A DNA stretch of 63,605 nucleotides, the filler included, from Bigelowiella natans CCMP2755 (taxonomy: Eukaryota > Protista > Cercozoa), in NCBI GenBank assembly GCA_000320545.1. It is 5 parts of 5 records of this genome, joined end to end, with 100 filler letters (N's around TTAATTAATTAA, not from the genome) between each part and the next. Parts side by side here need not be neighbours in the genome. Positions count along the whole stretch, not along the records: positions 32,725 to 58,935 come from ADNK01001383.1; 4 more parts are not named here. One strand, 5' to 3'. The position numbers were made by a program, and so were the translations under genes. This document shows, piece by piece, positions 41,194-52,664 of the stretch. The notes below the pieces were generated by a model. That model was not told where the DNA came from. It ran no database searches and worked only from the letters and a program-made list of their open reading frames with translations. Each line of letters starts with the position of its first letter. The first letter of the stretch is position 1.

Positions 41194-41531
41194 CATCTGT
41201 GGCTGCTCTACACATGTGGCAGCAGCAGCAGCAGCAACAACAACAGCAACAAGAAAGAATGATACCAAGAGAGAATGAGTACGAATCAAATATATGCAGC
41301 GATAGTTGGTCCATCAACGTAGCTGAAGAAAACAACCACCGCCTGTGTGTTTCTTGCTATCACCAAAGCTCACAATTTCGGATCATATTGCATGCACAGC
41401 AGCACTTGGAGGGTCTTCGTAGATTCAAGCATATGTCACCTATCTCCTCCCCGCCATCACCATTGGAGTCTGTGCTATCTAGAACAACATCTGTGCGGGG
41501 TGTGTTGGATGACATCAACGAAAACGGTGCT

Positions 41532-41570
<39 letters not shown>

Positions 41571-41749
41571 CCCTCCCCTCTTCCTCTCTTTGTCTTTTTC
41601 TCCTTTCAACTCTACCATTGTCACTAAATTTCTTCTTCAATTTTGTTTGCCAGAGCTAGAGAAGAAGAAGAAAGGACGTGCCAACACTAGGCAGGCGACG
41701 TCGAGAGAGGTGTGTCGTTCACCACCACCATACCACACGCCTGCGTTGC

Positions 41750-41792
<43 letters not shown>

Positions 41793-42456
41793 CGTGTGTG
41801 TGTGTGTGTGCGTGCGTCCGTGTGGGTGGATACGCAAATGTGTAAAACCATCTCGTTTCCTCCTTTTAGATCAACGAATTGAGAGAGCGCTTTCAAGAGC
41901 GGAAGACGCGCCGAAGAAGGGTATGCAACTGCTGCTAATGCTGCTGCTTCATACTGAACAGTTCGCACGGATATAACAACGCACGTGAAAAATAGTGCGT
42001 TTATAATCATTCGTTCATTACATCCGATATATGTTAGCTACTTGCTTATATCACGCTGGACATCTTATCGTCCCCCCTCCCTCCTACTCTCATCCTTTTT
42101 TCTTTCAGCGTATTGAGATCACACCCCCCTCCCCCCCCCCAACCTCCTTTCCCCTTTGTTTGTAATATATTCGTTTCATCTTTCTAGAAAAGCTCCAGAT
42201 CCCGTAGATCAGCTGGAGAAAGCGCGGGGGGGGGGGCTACAGCAAGCAACACTGACGAAGGTGTTCAAGATGACGATGAAGATCCGACCTCGTCCACGAA
42301 CCAGGAAGGGGCAACGGAAGGGAGGAAGCAAGTCGATATGTCAAAGGTTTGGCGCTGCTTTTGTGCAGTGTTGTAGTAGTAGTAGTGGTAGAAGTAGTGG
42401 TGGTGGTGGTGGTGGTAGAGCCGATTTGCTTTGAGATCGTTTGCCATGTTTTGCGC

Positions 42457-42496
<40 letters not shown>

Positions 42497-42904
42497 GGGG
42501 GAGGGGGGGGGGATGCGCGTGTGTGTTCTGCAGCTATAAAGGACCATTCACAAACAGAAGGAGCCAACTTTACGATGTTTTGTACCTATTCACCCTCCCC
42601 CCTCCTCCCCCGCCCCTTTTACTTCCTTCCTCTCTGCGTTGCATTCGCTCAGTATGTGGTGGTGCACAAGAACGATGGAGGCAGACTGGGAGTCCTGAAG
42701 AAGATTATGTATATGTAAGTCACAGCGAAGCGCGCGCGCGCACTCACACATATACACAATATACCCCGAACCCATTCACATTACTTGGAATTTGTGTGTG
42801 TACTTCACGTCGCTCATTGTCTTCTCCTTGTCTTTGTAGCGAAAATGAGAAGGGGGACAAGAAAGTCAATATGGGGGTCTTTGGCAAATCTGCGGTAGCA
42901 GTAT

Positions 42905-42937
<33 letters not shown>

Positions 42938-43479
42938 ATAGTAGAATAGCACGTTTACTACGTGTGGGTGGATGCAGCACATTCATGCTGTAGCTTCACG
43001 AGCTCGTCGTCATCGTCAGCAGCAATCCGTATTCTTCGCCACAAGATACATCGTTTTATTCCTTTATCATCCTCCTCCTCTTCCTTCTGCTGCCACAAAT
43101 TGAGTACACGGGGCCATGATATGTTTGTCGATGTTGTTATTCCACCACGCCCTTCCTTATCTGCTTTAGATGCATTGGTACGAGCTGTGGATTTCGGGTC
43201 GCCCAACAAGTTTGGAAAAGGTGTTTGCTGTCTCCCCCCCCCCCCCCCACTCCCTAGCTTATCTATCTACCACTACTACCGTTGATGATGGGTATTAGTC
43301 GTCAAAAGGGGGGTAGTAAAAGTGAGTGGTCATCATCATCATCATCAACATCATTATCATCATCATTCATTCATTATGATGCCCCTGTCCGCCTCCCCTC
43401 CCCCTTCTCATCATCATCGCAGAACTTCGAGGAACAGGTGGAGAACCTGCCCAAATCTATGAATCGGAAGTAAGAACGA

Positions 43480-43518
<39 letters not shown>

Positions 43519-44069
43519 GTGTGTGTACATATATATTTTTGTCTATTGTAATACCAAATTCGTACTCACGGCACAATTGCCAGGAATGTCAACCGACGTT
43601 GAACATTTTACAGTGTTACGTTCCAAATCCCACTTAAACAAGTTGCTTCGTGTCCTGGTGAACGGAAACCTTACTTTCTGTTACCACACTGCAGGACCAA
43701 CAGGCCGATACTGCGCGAATGCACTCTATGGGCTCCCTCGAAGCGAGTGAAAACATACAATCCGGACACAGATAGGTGTTGTGCCTCGCGCCGCCTCCTC
43801 TTTGCTGCTAGCCGCCCCCGTCATCGACGCCGTGTGCAGTTCCTCTGCCTTGTTTGGGCCGTGCAATGTCGCGCCACATCACTCTGTAGCAGCTCGCTAT
43901 GTTAGTCATAATGCGCTCTTTTCCGTGTGTGTGTTCGCTTATATTCTTCTCTTATTCAGGAAAGGCTCCAAGACGATTCGTTGGCAGGTAGGCAGTGAGT
44001 GAGGAGGGAGGGAGAGAGTGGGCGGGTGAGGTTGAGTGTGCGTTTGTGTGTGTGTGTGTGTGTATATAC

Positions 44070-44121
<52 letters not shown>

Positions 44122-44320
44122 ATTGTCAACTGTATCGAGTGGTCTTGCCCCTTTCCTCGTTCCTCCCTCCTAACGTTCTTCCTCCTCCTGTTCGCATGAG
44201 TTACTCACTATAGTTGCCGTCATCATTATCGTTTCCCCCCTTGTTTTGTGCAGGATGGGGAGCGTGTTTTTGTGCGGCTGGTGCTCGATAACCATGCCTA
44301 CGACTTGATACAACAGTAAT
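40700..44320 (+). CDS. Hypothetical multi-exon gene with microsatellite-rich introns
   Basis: AG/GT-bounded open segments: KAPDPVDQLEKAR, YVVVHKNDGGRLGVLKK, ENEKGDKKVNMGVFGKSA, DALVRAVDFGSPNKFGK, NFEEQVENLPKSMNR, DGERVFVRLVLDNHAYDLIQQ*. The start is unresolved. Confidence 0.5.
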
Positions 44321-44365
44321 TTCAACAACCAACGAGGCATCATCTACATATATCATATGAAACTT

Positions 44366-44403
<38 letters not shown>

Positions 44404-46500
44404 CACTCCCCTGCCATATTGATAGACTTACTTCTTGAACAGTGAAATAATAGCAGCATCAACCGTGCTACCCCTTCCCTAAACTTGATCTTCGAGACAT
44501 ACCGATGCTATTTCCTCCCAATACTCCTCCTCCTCCTCCTCTGCCCTTCACAGAGATAAGCGCATTCATGGATTCGTCCACACGCACCAATTCGAAGACT
44601 CGGTAGTCGCTATTATCAGCATGACAAACGCCACATAACCGTGAGAGTAACGTCGATGACGCGAGAGCTATAGTAGCACTAGTAGTCATTACCAACAAGC
44701 AGGGAGGATATGCCACGAACATGATGGTACAACTGATCAACATATCAACGTAGACTAGCCGAGGAACGAGCAATATGTAGAATCTTTTCCCCGACAGAGT
44801 GTCGTGTATCTAGTGTCTAAACACGCCTACCATCACCATCTTCATCACCATCGTCGTCGTCGTCGGCGGCGTCATCATCATCACCACCAACGCCAGCATC
44901 ATCGTGATCAAGACTTATAATCATTGCCTTTCGCAGCGGATTCCCTACCCAGCACCACCTGAGCGGGTTGAGGATGCAGGTTGTGGCGGAGATGGTGGTG
45001 GTGGCTTATCATGTGTGACTTGAGCATGTGCATGTGGGTGTGGGTTAGGGTTAGGTGTGTGTGTGTGTGTGTGTGTGTGCTATGCACTTTGGATAAAGCG
45101 ATGGATTTTCATATGCATCAGTGCGAAGATCATATAATACAATATAGCGTATGTGTGCATACATCTCCGGTATTTTTGGCCCAAATGCATGCTCTGATTT
45201 GCTGATGTATTTCCCTCTCCCTGCCTTGATGTATGCAACATCAACAGAGACGTGGCTGGCCACTGACCATGACCAAACGAAAGAACAAGTATTGCGAGAA
45301 GTTGAAGGAGTAAGAGTCCAGCTCACAAAAAACGCGCATTCATTCATATACAGCCGAATAATGTTTAACTATGCTATCATGATTGTGTTGTCGGAGCAAT
45401 AAATACGTGCAATACATGTATATATCTTTGAAAACTCCTGATTTTGCTCTATTCCCGCACATATTCTTTCCTTCTCCTCAAATCTCATACCCTCCAGCGG
45501 CTCGTGGATTCGAACCGCGAAGACCACGTAGATAGTATCTCAGAATGGAATCCATTTAACGATGTCGAGGACCTCAAGATTTAGTTGGAGAAAGACCACG
45601 TGAGACAACAGCACGTGCTACCTATCTCTTACACGTTATTCACGCACAATGGTTGATATGCATCTATTGGATTTCATTTCGTGGGAATTACCGTCAGTTC
45701 CGTAACCGAATCCTGCGCGACCCTATTTCTTTTGAAGAGACGGCTTACAAGAAAATAACACGAGTAGCAAATTCTAGAATTAGTTATTACCATCAAATCC
45801 TTTAAATACGCAGACCAAAAATTCAGAACTGTGACTTATCGTTGCAGTGGATGTGCATGCGGCGCAGGCATTGACGCACATGAGATCGACGTGGCAAGTG
45901 CGGAGATTCATGCTTGCTGAGTGCGGCAGGGTACACATCATGGACATGCTTGCATGTGCTGTACGTCATCATGCATAATCTATCGTCGAAACAACAAAAC
46001 ACAATCTCACTAGCTTAGTGCTGTACCAGTGTAGCCACCGCTCTACATTATAGCTGCATTAGCATGACCATTTGGAAAAATGTAATCATTTGACTCACTA
46101 CATCCGTCTCACGTACATAGCCGTCATCACATCAAACGTAACTAGATGAACTTTGCGTAGCAGACATGCACAAAGGATGACAATTGAAAAAATTTAAACA
46201 TTTCATTACATCCGTCTCACATGCACAATTGTGACACGGATGGGATGGGCCACACTACTGTCTCACATCCATCAGCAATGATCACAGCAATGGTGTACTG
46301 CTGACATACACGTGTGAGCATTAATACTAGCTGCGATTGGTATACCACATGCCTAGATACTCTTTGCATCTGGTGGGATAGCACGAACACATTGGTTACG
46401 ACAATCTTGCAAGGCACGTGCATGTATTTTATCATGTTCTGTTTAGAGGGCTCCCGACCAAGTACTCTGCAGTCATGTGTACCTAGACGTTTGTGCGTGC

Positions 46501-46531
<31 letters not shown>

Positions 46532-46757
46532 CACGCGCGTGGCACCCCTATGCGCTCGAATGGTCGCATGCGTACTGTATAGCTTCATTTCAGCACTGAC
46601 CAAATGCGTAATGACTATTTTTCACTTCGAGCATAAAAGTCACCAATAGGCGAGTTCGTGAGGCGAAGAGACCACAGTTCTACTTTCCCAATAACTTCAA
46701 CTTTATTTCATCGCTGTATCTAGCTTTATCGCTTCTACACTTTTTGTTTAATGGCAT

Positions 46758-47135
46758 TTACTCTGCCTTCTTTGTTTCCTCGTGTGAGGAGGCAAGCTTT
46801 CTGTGAGCAATAGTTCCTGCGAGGAGAAGCAGCGGACAGTTCATGGTGGCGCCCTGCCAGCCCTTTTGGAGAGCGTACAGAGGAGTTCCCGCGATGAGGT
46901 CAAACATGTGGAATGCAATGCCGAATGAGGAAGATACGTCTTCGACCACTCCTCCTTCCTTAATATCCTGCACCTCCTCGGTGATGTCTTCGACCTCCTC
47001 GGCTACGTTGGAGAGAGCCCCATAAGCAGTGTGTACGACTACACATGCACCGTACCCGTAGACGTATTGCTGCAGGGGGAAGGCAGCAGCCATGCAGCTG
47101 AAGAGCAGCAGTGCAGTTATGAGCAAAGACCTCAT
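46758..47135 (-). CDS. Small secreted/membrane hypothetical protein (125 aa), intronless
   Basis: Clean ORF with the signal peptide MRSLLITALLLFSCMAAA and an acidic repeat AEEVEDITEEVQDIKE. Confidence 0.55.
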   Translation of the reverse strand: MRSLLITALLLFSCMAAAFPLQQYVYGYGACVVVHTAYGALSNVAEEVEDITEEVQDIKEGGVVEDVSSSFGIAFHMFDLIAGTPLYALQKGWQGATMNCPLLLLAGTIAHRKLASSHEETKKAE

Positions 47136-47159
47136 TGTATTTTGCTGGGCTGCGATGCG

Positions 47160-47811
47160 TCATTCCCAAAGTTCCGAAAAGAACAAAAATGCAACGGAAT
47201 TTATCAATGCGACACGCTATCTGCAAGAAGAAATACGCGTAGATAACGCAGGAAATCCACTGACTCAGAAGTTCCGTGTCTCTCTGATGTAAACGACTCG
47301 GGAACTAATTTCACAACTCCAAATTTCTACTCCAATAATGGATCGTTTTCCAACAATGTTAAGAGTTTCGCGCAGATTGCAGGACATTCAGAAAAAAACG
47401 TGACATTAGTGAGGGAATTACGGAAATTAGGAAATCGCTCCATGCTTCAAAATCTAGGCGAATGGTCTCAAACATCACTCCGATTTGTCTCTGCGTATGC
47501 TGAGATTCAGAGAATCCAGAAGCACCCAGAGCTTTGCAGTGATAAAGCACATCCGGTTGCTTGCCGATCTTGGAAGATTTATTTTTTCAGATCGCCATGA
47601 CCACCAAACGGGAAATGAGCACATTGGACTCCATCGGCCAAATGATGTTGGATTTCAGCAGGCCATTTCCACAGGTCTTCTGCTAGCTCCAGGTCTGAGA
47701 GACATGAAATAGTGCTGGAAACCACAGGAGAGACTCTCAACAACGTGGAACCAGAACGAACCAAAGAAAGGTAGTTTCTGATGTGGATTAGGGTTCGGGT
47801 GGTACGGGTAT
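47160..47811 (+). repeat. Left copy of a dispersed inverted repeat (blocks 47160-47305 and 47781-47811)
   Basis: Reverse-complement match to 52354-52504 and 52280-52310. Confidence 0.9.
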
Positions 47812-48167
47812 CGAGGCTCAATTTTTCATTTGTTCCCGACCCTTTGGGAAATCCTAGTAATCCGGGTAGTGACGTGCCATCTATGCTTTTAGCCCAACAT
47901 TTTCGGGAAAAACACAACAGCCACTGTGCAGGATTCACGCCGTTTCATCTTAAAACCGACAGCGCTGCCGACGTTGCTTCCTATGAGAGATATTTGTACA
48001 TTGAATTCCCTCCCTTTATAGAAAAATGGCGGATGTTTCTTTGTCGCAGACGGGATTTTCCCATTGCTGCTTTGTTCATTGTTCATTGTTCATTGTTCAT
48101 TGTTCAACCAAAATAGTCACAGTGATTCTTTAAATCTCAACTGCTTGGAGCCCCCCCCCTCGCAACT

Positions 48168-50019
48168 ATGAGTGACAGTCTTGAGCAATACGAATGGATC
48201 GTGGTCATGTGCGGGATCTTCGCATTCGTGGCCGCCTGTGGAATCGGCGCTAACGATGTCGCCAATGTGAGAAACACAAAATAAGAACAAACGACAAATG
48301 ATAGTCCATACTCTTTTCTGAGATTATTGGATGCCCTCCTCTTGTAACATTCAGGCCTTTGCAACATCAGTCGGATCCAAGGCCCTAACTCTAAAGCAAG
48401 CTGTCCTCATCGCAGCCTTTTTTGAAATGGCAGGAGCAGTGCTAATGGGCTCCCACGTAGCAAGGACCATCCGAAAGGGCATCGCCGACCACAAATGTTT
48501 CGAAGATAACCCAGCACTACTTATGCACGGCATGATGTCCGTGGTCGCGGCTGTTGGCATTTGGTTGTTCGTGGCCACCAAGCTCGAGCTCCCAGTGTCA
48601 ACCACGCACTCTACCATTGGCGGCATAATCTTTATGACCTTAACAGCAACTTCAAATTCAGATTGTGTCATTTGGTACAAGCCAACCGATACGTTCCCTT
48701 ACTTCAAAGGCGTATCTGCTGTTGTACTCTCATGGGTCCTCTCACCTGTTTTCTCCGCGGTCGTGGCTGGGGCACTCTTCTACATCATTCGTGCATGCGT
48801 GCTTCGCAGTGATCAAGCCTTCTTGCGGTCGATCTACACGTACCCACTGCTTGTTGGGCTCACACTCACCTTGAACACCTTCTACATCATCTACAAGGGT
48901 TCCAAGTCTATAGACCTCGATGATATCGAGTTGAATGTGGCCGTTGGCGCAGCTTTCGGTGTCGGGGGTGGTGCTGCCATCATTCTCATCCCCTTCGTTA
49001 CTCGATTGAAGCGCTACGTCGAGACGCTTGACTTCGCCGCCAAAGACACCGAGAAAGGGGAACCAACCATAGGCAATTCTAACAAAATTGAACCGATAGG
49101 CAGTCAGGTACCTTTACATAAGGCTGACTCGGTGGCCTCAATCGCTTCTGACGGCAAAGAGCCTTTTGACAGGGCCAGTTCTCTTGGTAAGATCCCTCCC
49201 TCGGCGGCGAGCAACCCGCACGCGATTCCCATGAAAGAGATCAAAGGCGTCGAAAACAATCAATCTCATCGTTTGTCTGTCGAAGAATCCAAAGGCACGC
49301 AGAAGACTGTGACAGAGATGCCGTCGTTTACCCGTGAGATGTCCGACTCCGAATTTTCAATGCGCAGTGGCAACAAGTCGAAGCCAGCGAAGTCTTTCCG
49401 TGACAAGTTAGCCAACGGCATAAACAAGAATCTGCACCTTATCACCGAGATCGATGACACCACAAAGAACATCCACAAAAACGCCGAGGTCTTCGATCCG
49501 CGAGCAGAGGAGGTTTTCAAATATCTCCAGGTATTCACTGCAATGTGCGACGCTTTTGCACACGGCGCTAACGACGTCGCCAACGCCATGGGTCCTTTTG
49601 CTGCAACGTACATAATTTGGCGAGAGGGGAAAGTATCGAAATCGGCTGAACTTGGTGCTGATGCGTATTGGATTCTGGGCATTGGCGGAGTAGGTATCGT
49701 CGTAGGCTTGATGACGTATGGTTACCATATCGTCCGGGCCATTGGAATTAAGCTCGCTAAGATAACACCCTCCCGCGGTACGTGCATCGAACTGGGATCG
49801 GCAGCTGTTATCATAACCGGCTCCCGCCTGGAGCTACCCCTGTCAACAACGCACTGTCAGGTCGGGGCAACAATGGGCGTCGCTTCGCTTGAGGGTTCCG
49901 CAGGCATCAACTGGTGGATCTTCGGAAAGACCGTCATTGGATGGGTCATCACCTTGGCAATAGTTGGGGCGATGGCGAGCCTCTTTTTCGCTCAAGCTGT
50001 CTATGCTCCTTGCGTTTGA
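48168..50019 (+). CDS. PiT/PHO4-family (SLC20-like) phosphate transporter; exons 48168-48266 and 48355-50019
   Basis: Two signature motifs GIGANDVAN|AFATSVGS and HGANDVANAMGP, plus PVSTTHS, ITPSRG and PLSTTHCQVG. Phase-0 GT-AG intron. Confidence 0.95.
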
Positions 50020-50770
50020 TTGCATTTGATCTGATGTCATTGCATTTCCACGACACACAAGAGCTCCTGTGCCCAGAGCTCTTTCATTGATGACTGCAAT
50101 GTGTTTTCGGCATCGACAACACATCATCGCACATCACAATGCAAATAACACAGGCTGCTTGCCCATGGCTTCTAGCTAGACTTGATTGCACATGGATAGA
50201 TCGCATGTTTCGCGCCCTCGTGGCACCACAAGTGCAACATGACGAACTCAAAAGATTTAGACCTGGCATGAGGCAATGGAAACACTTGAAGTGCATGATC
50301 AATCGTGCAGCGCCATGCACATGCTTGCATTGCGTTGCAAAATCACACCAGCAGGAAGATGTCAATTCGTTGCGTGCATGTTGGCGGTGAGGAAGAATCG
50401 CCCGCGCCCATTACATCATCGTCGTGCTCGAGCCTCCATGTGCTCTAGTGCTGCTGTTTGCCTTTGAATTTGCATCGCAAGCGCTTTCGCACGGGCGGGC
50501 AGCGGGGCAATGTCCATCGCCTCCTTCATGTCCTGCATGATGAGGACATTGTCGTTTCTGCTGTGCCATCATCAATCCAGGATTGACAGGTTTATCCCTG
50601 GCTAGCTGGTAGACATGTTGGTTGCTGTGATGCTGACGGCAAAGTTCCCCGCCTCTCCTTTGTGTCACTGCTGCACAACTTAATCTCTCGTGCTGGTTGC
50701 TGTGCTTGATGGCGTAGCTCTTGTTCTTCTTGCTGAGAAGGTAACATGAGCATCGAAACTGCCGCTTTCA

Positions 50771-51934
50771 TCACATTGTTAGATGTGTGCAAGCGCCAAG
50801 TTTCTTCTTCAGCTGCTTAGTTTGCCGTTGCATTCTCCGACATGACTTCGAAGCAAGGTGGCGGGTGTAGTTACGGAGATCTTTGCTGTTCCTTCTCCAT
50901 ATCTTGATGCAGTTGCCGCAATAGTCGCAAATTAAAGTTTTTGTGTTAGCCGGGATGCTTCGAATCTTCTATTTAGCAAATCTCTTGTCTTCCTGGCTGG
51001 GTCGTTCCCTCGATGACGCCCTACCTTCTAGAATTGATACAGGCTTGGATACATTCCTATCACCATGATTTGATGAGAGTCGATGCAGTTGTTTGTTATG
51101 GCATCTTCGGGAAGAGTAATGCCGAGCAAGATTACGACGGTCGTAGCTATTCCTCCTCCAAATGATCACTTTCTCATTGCAAAAATGGCAGATCGTATGC
51201 TTGGATCCGGGTGAAATTTGTTGCACTATCCGATCAGCAAGAGATCGGTCGGCCTTGGTGGGCTTTTGCCGAGATAGTTTCTGCTGCGGTTGTCTCTCGA
51301 TAGGAGGAAGTGGGAGCAGATTTGCTACCGGTAGCGCACGAGGATCAACTTGGCTTAGCATCAAAGGTGACACTGTCTGTCCCTCTGTGTAGCATTCAGA
51401 AGATATGGACGATGATAATGCAATTGGACTAGCCCGATCTTTGAAGATTGACGAAGTAAAATCATCGAGCCATGTTTCCTGGGGGGTGGGGAAAGTGTGA
51501 TGGATTGACTTAGGGGCGATACAATCAGGAAAAAGGTTGATTTGAACTCGTTGGGATCCTCCCGTGACAGTATCTGTGTTTGAAGGCACTTGCGGACTTA
51601 GGAGATCAGGATTCTCATCAAAAGGTGCAAATAATCTCCTTCCGGCGTTGACACTCTTTCCCTCCATGATTGGACGTGAGTGATTTGAAGGCAATGGCAA
51701 CCACGTATCCTCTTTTAGTAGGTCGTAGTGATGCCCTGTGTCGACACCAATTCCACTACCATGACTGAGAATGTTTTTGAACACTCCAGTCTCCGCTTCC
51801 CCTTCCGTGCTATTCGCTTCGGTTCCCAGGATCAGTGGACTGAGAAGTTGGAGAGGGGCATCTTTTTGATCACATGAAGGTGAAAAGCATGGCAGCTCCG
51901 CTCGAGTTTTTCCATTTTTACCACTTTTGTTCAT
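50771..51934 (-). CDS. Protein with two tandem C2HC-type zinc-finger-like repeats, interrupted by an in-frame TAG at 50969-50971
   Basis: Repeat 1 ICHFCNEKVIIWRRNSYDRRNLARHYSSRRC. After the TAG, the same frame gives repeat 2 ICDYCGNCIKIWRRNSKDLRNYTRHLASKSC. Confidence 0.65.
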
Positions 51935-52279
51935 ACTAGAAATGGTCTAGATAGAAACCGGAGGAAGGGGGGACGGTGATGACCTTCAGATGCAGTCTCG
52001 AATCTATCTGTCTTTCTCTATCTCTCTCTCTCTCTCTCTCTCTTACAAAATTTCATAAATCCTTCGAAGTCGAGTCACGAAAAGGGCATCCTTCCATCGG
52101 GTTTCTGTACAATCTCGGAAGCACGAATTGACTCGGCACGGGAGAAAGAGCATCGAACATCCGAAGTTCCGGAACTAACACACACAGGTTATTGGCATTT
52201 TGTATGTTTTCGCTTGGATTCTTGTTGTCGCAGGAAATAAATACATGTAGATATTACCCAATAACGCCAGCCGCGATGC

Positions 52280-52504
52280 ATACTCGTACCACCCGAACCC
52301 TAATCCACATGAGATGAGCCAGATGTTGGAGAAACTTCCTGGTACTCTCTTTGGTTCCGAGTCGTTTACATGAGAGACGGATCTTCTGAGTCAGACGCGA
52401 GGGGTGAATTTCCTGCGTTATCTACGCGGATTTCTTCTTGCAGACAGCCTGTCGCATTGATAAATTCCTTTGCATTTTTGTTCTTTTCGGAACTTTGGAA
52501 ATGA
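52280..52504 (-). repeat. Right copy of the dispersed inverted repeat
   Basis: TTTGCATTTTTGTTCTTTTCGGAACTTTGG and ATACTCGTACCACCCGAACCCTAATCCACAT match the reverse complement of segments at 47160-47305 and 47781-47811. Confidence 0.9.
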
Positions 52505-52664
52505 AATCTGAAGCGGGTTTTTGGCTATTTGCAAGACTCAAATACTGCTATGTATCAGTAGATGTTCTCAGTATGGAAAAATGCCTCAAATTCATGGACA
52601 GTCAGATACAGTTTCGACAAATATTCTACGATATATCCCCGACAGAATAGAAGGGGACCTCCTA

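Noticed and set aside
45042-45056. GGGTTAGGGTTAGG telomere-like repeat
   Set aside because: Only two units within simple-repeat DNA.
45495-45580. tRNA-like GGTTCGAATCC motifs on the minus strand (here and at about 40400)
   Set aside because: No matching acceptor stem or D-arm.
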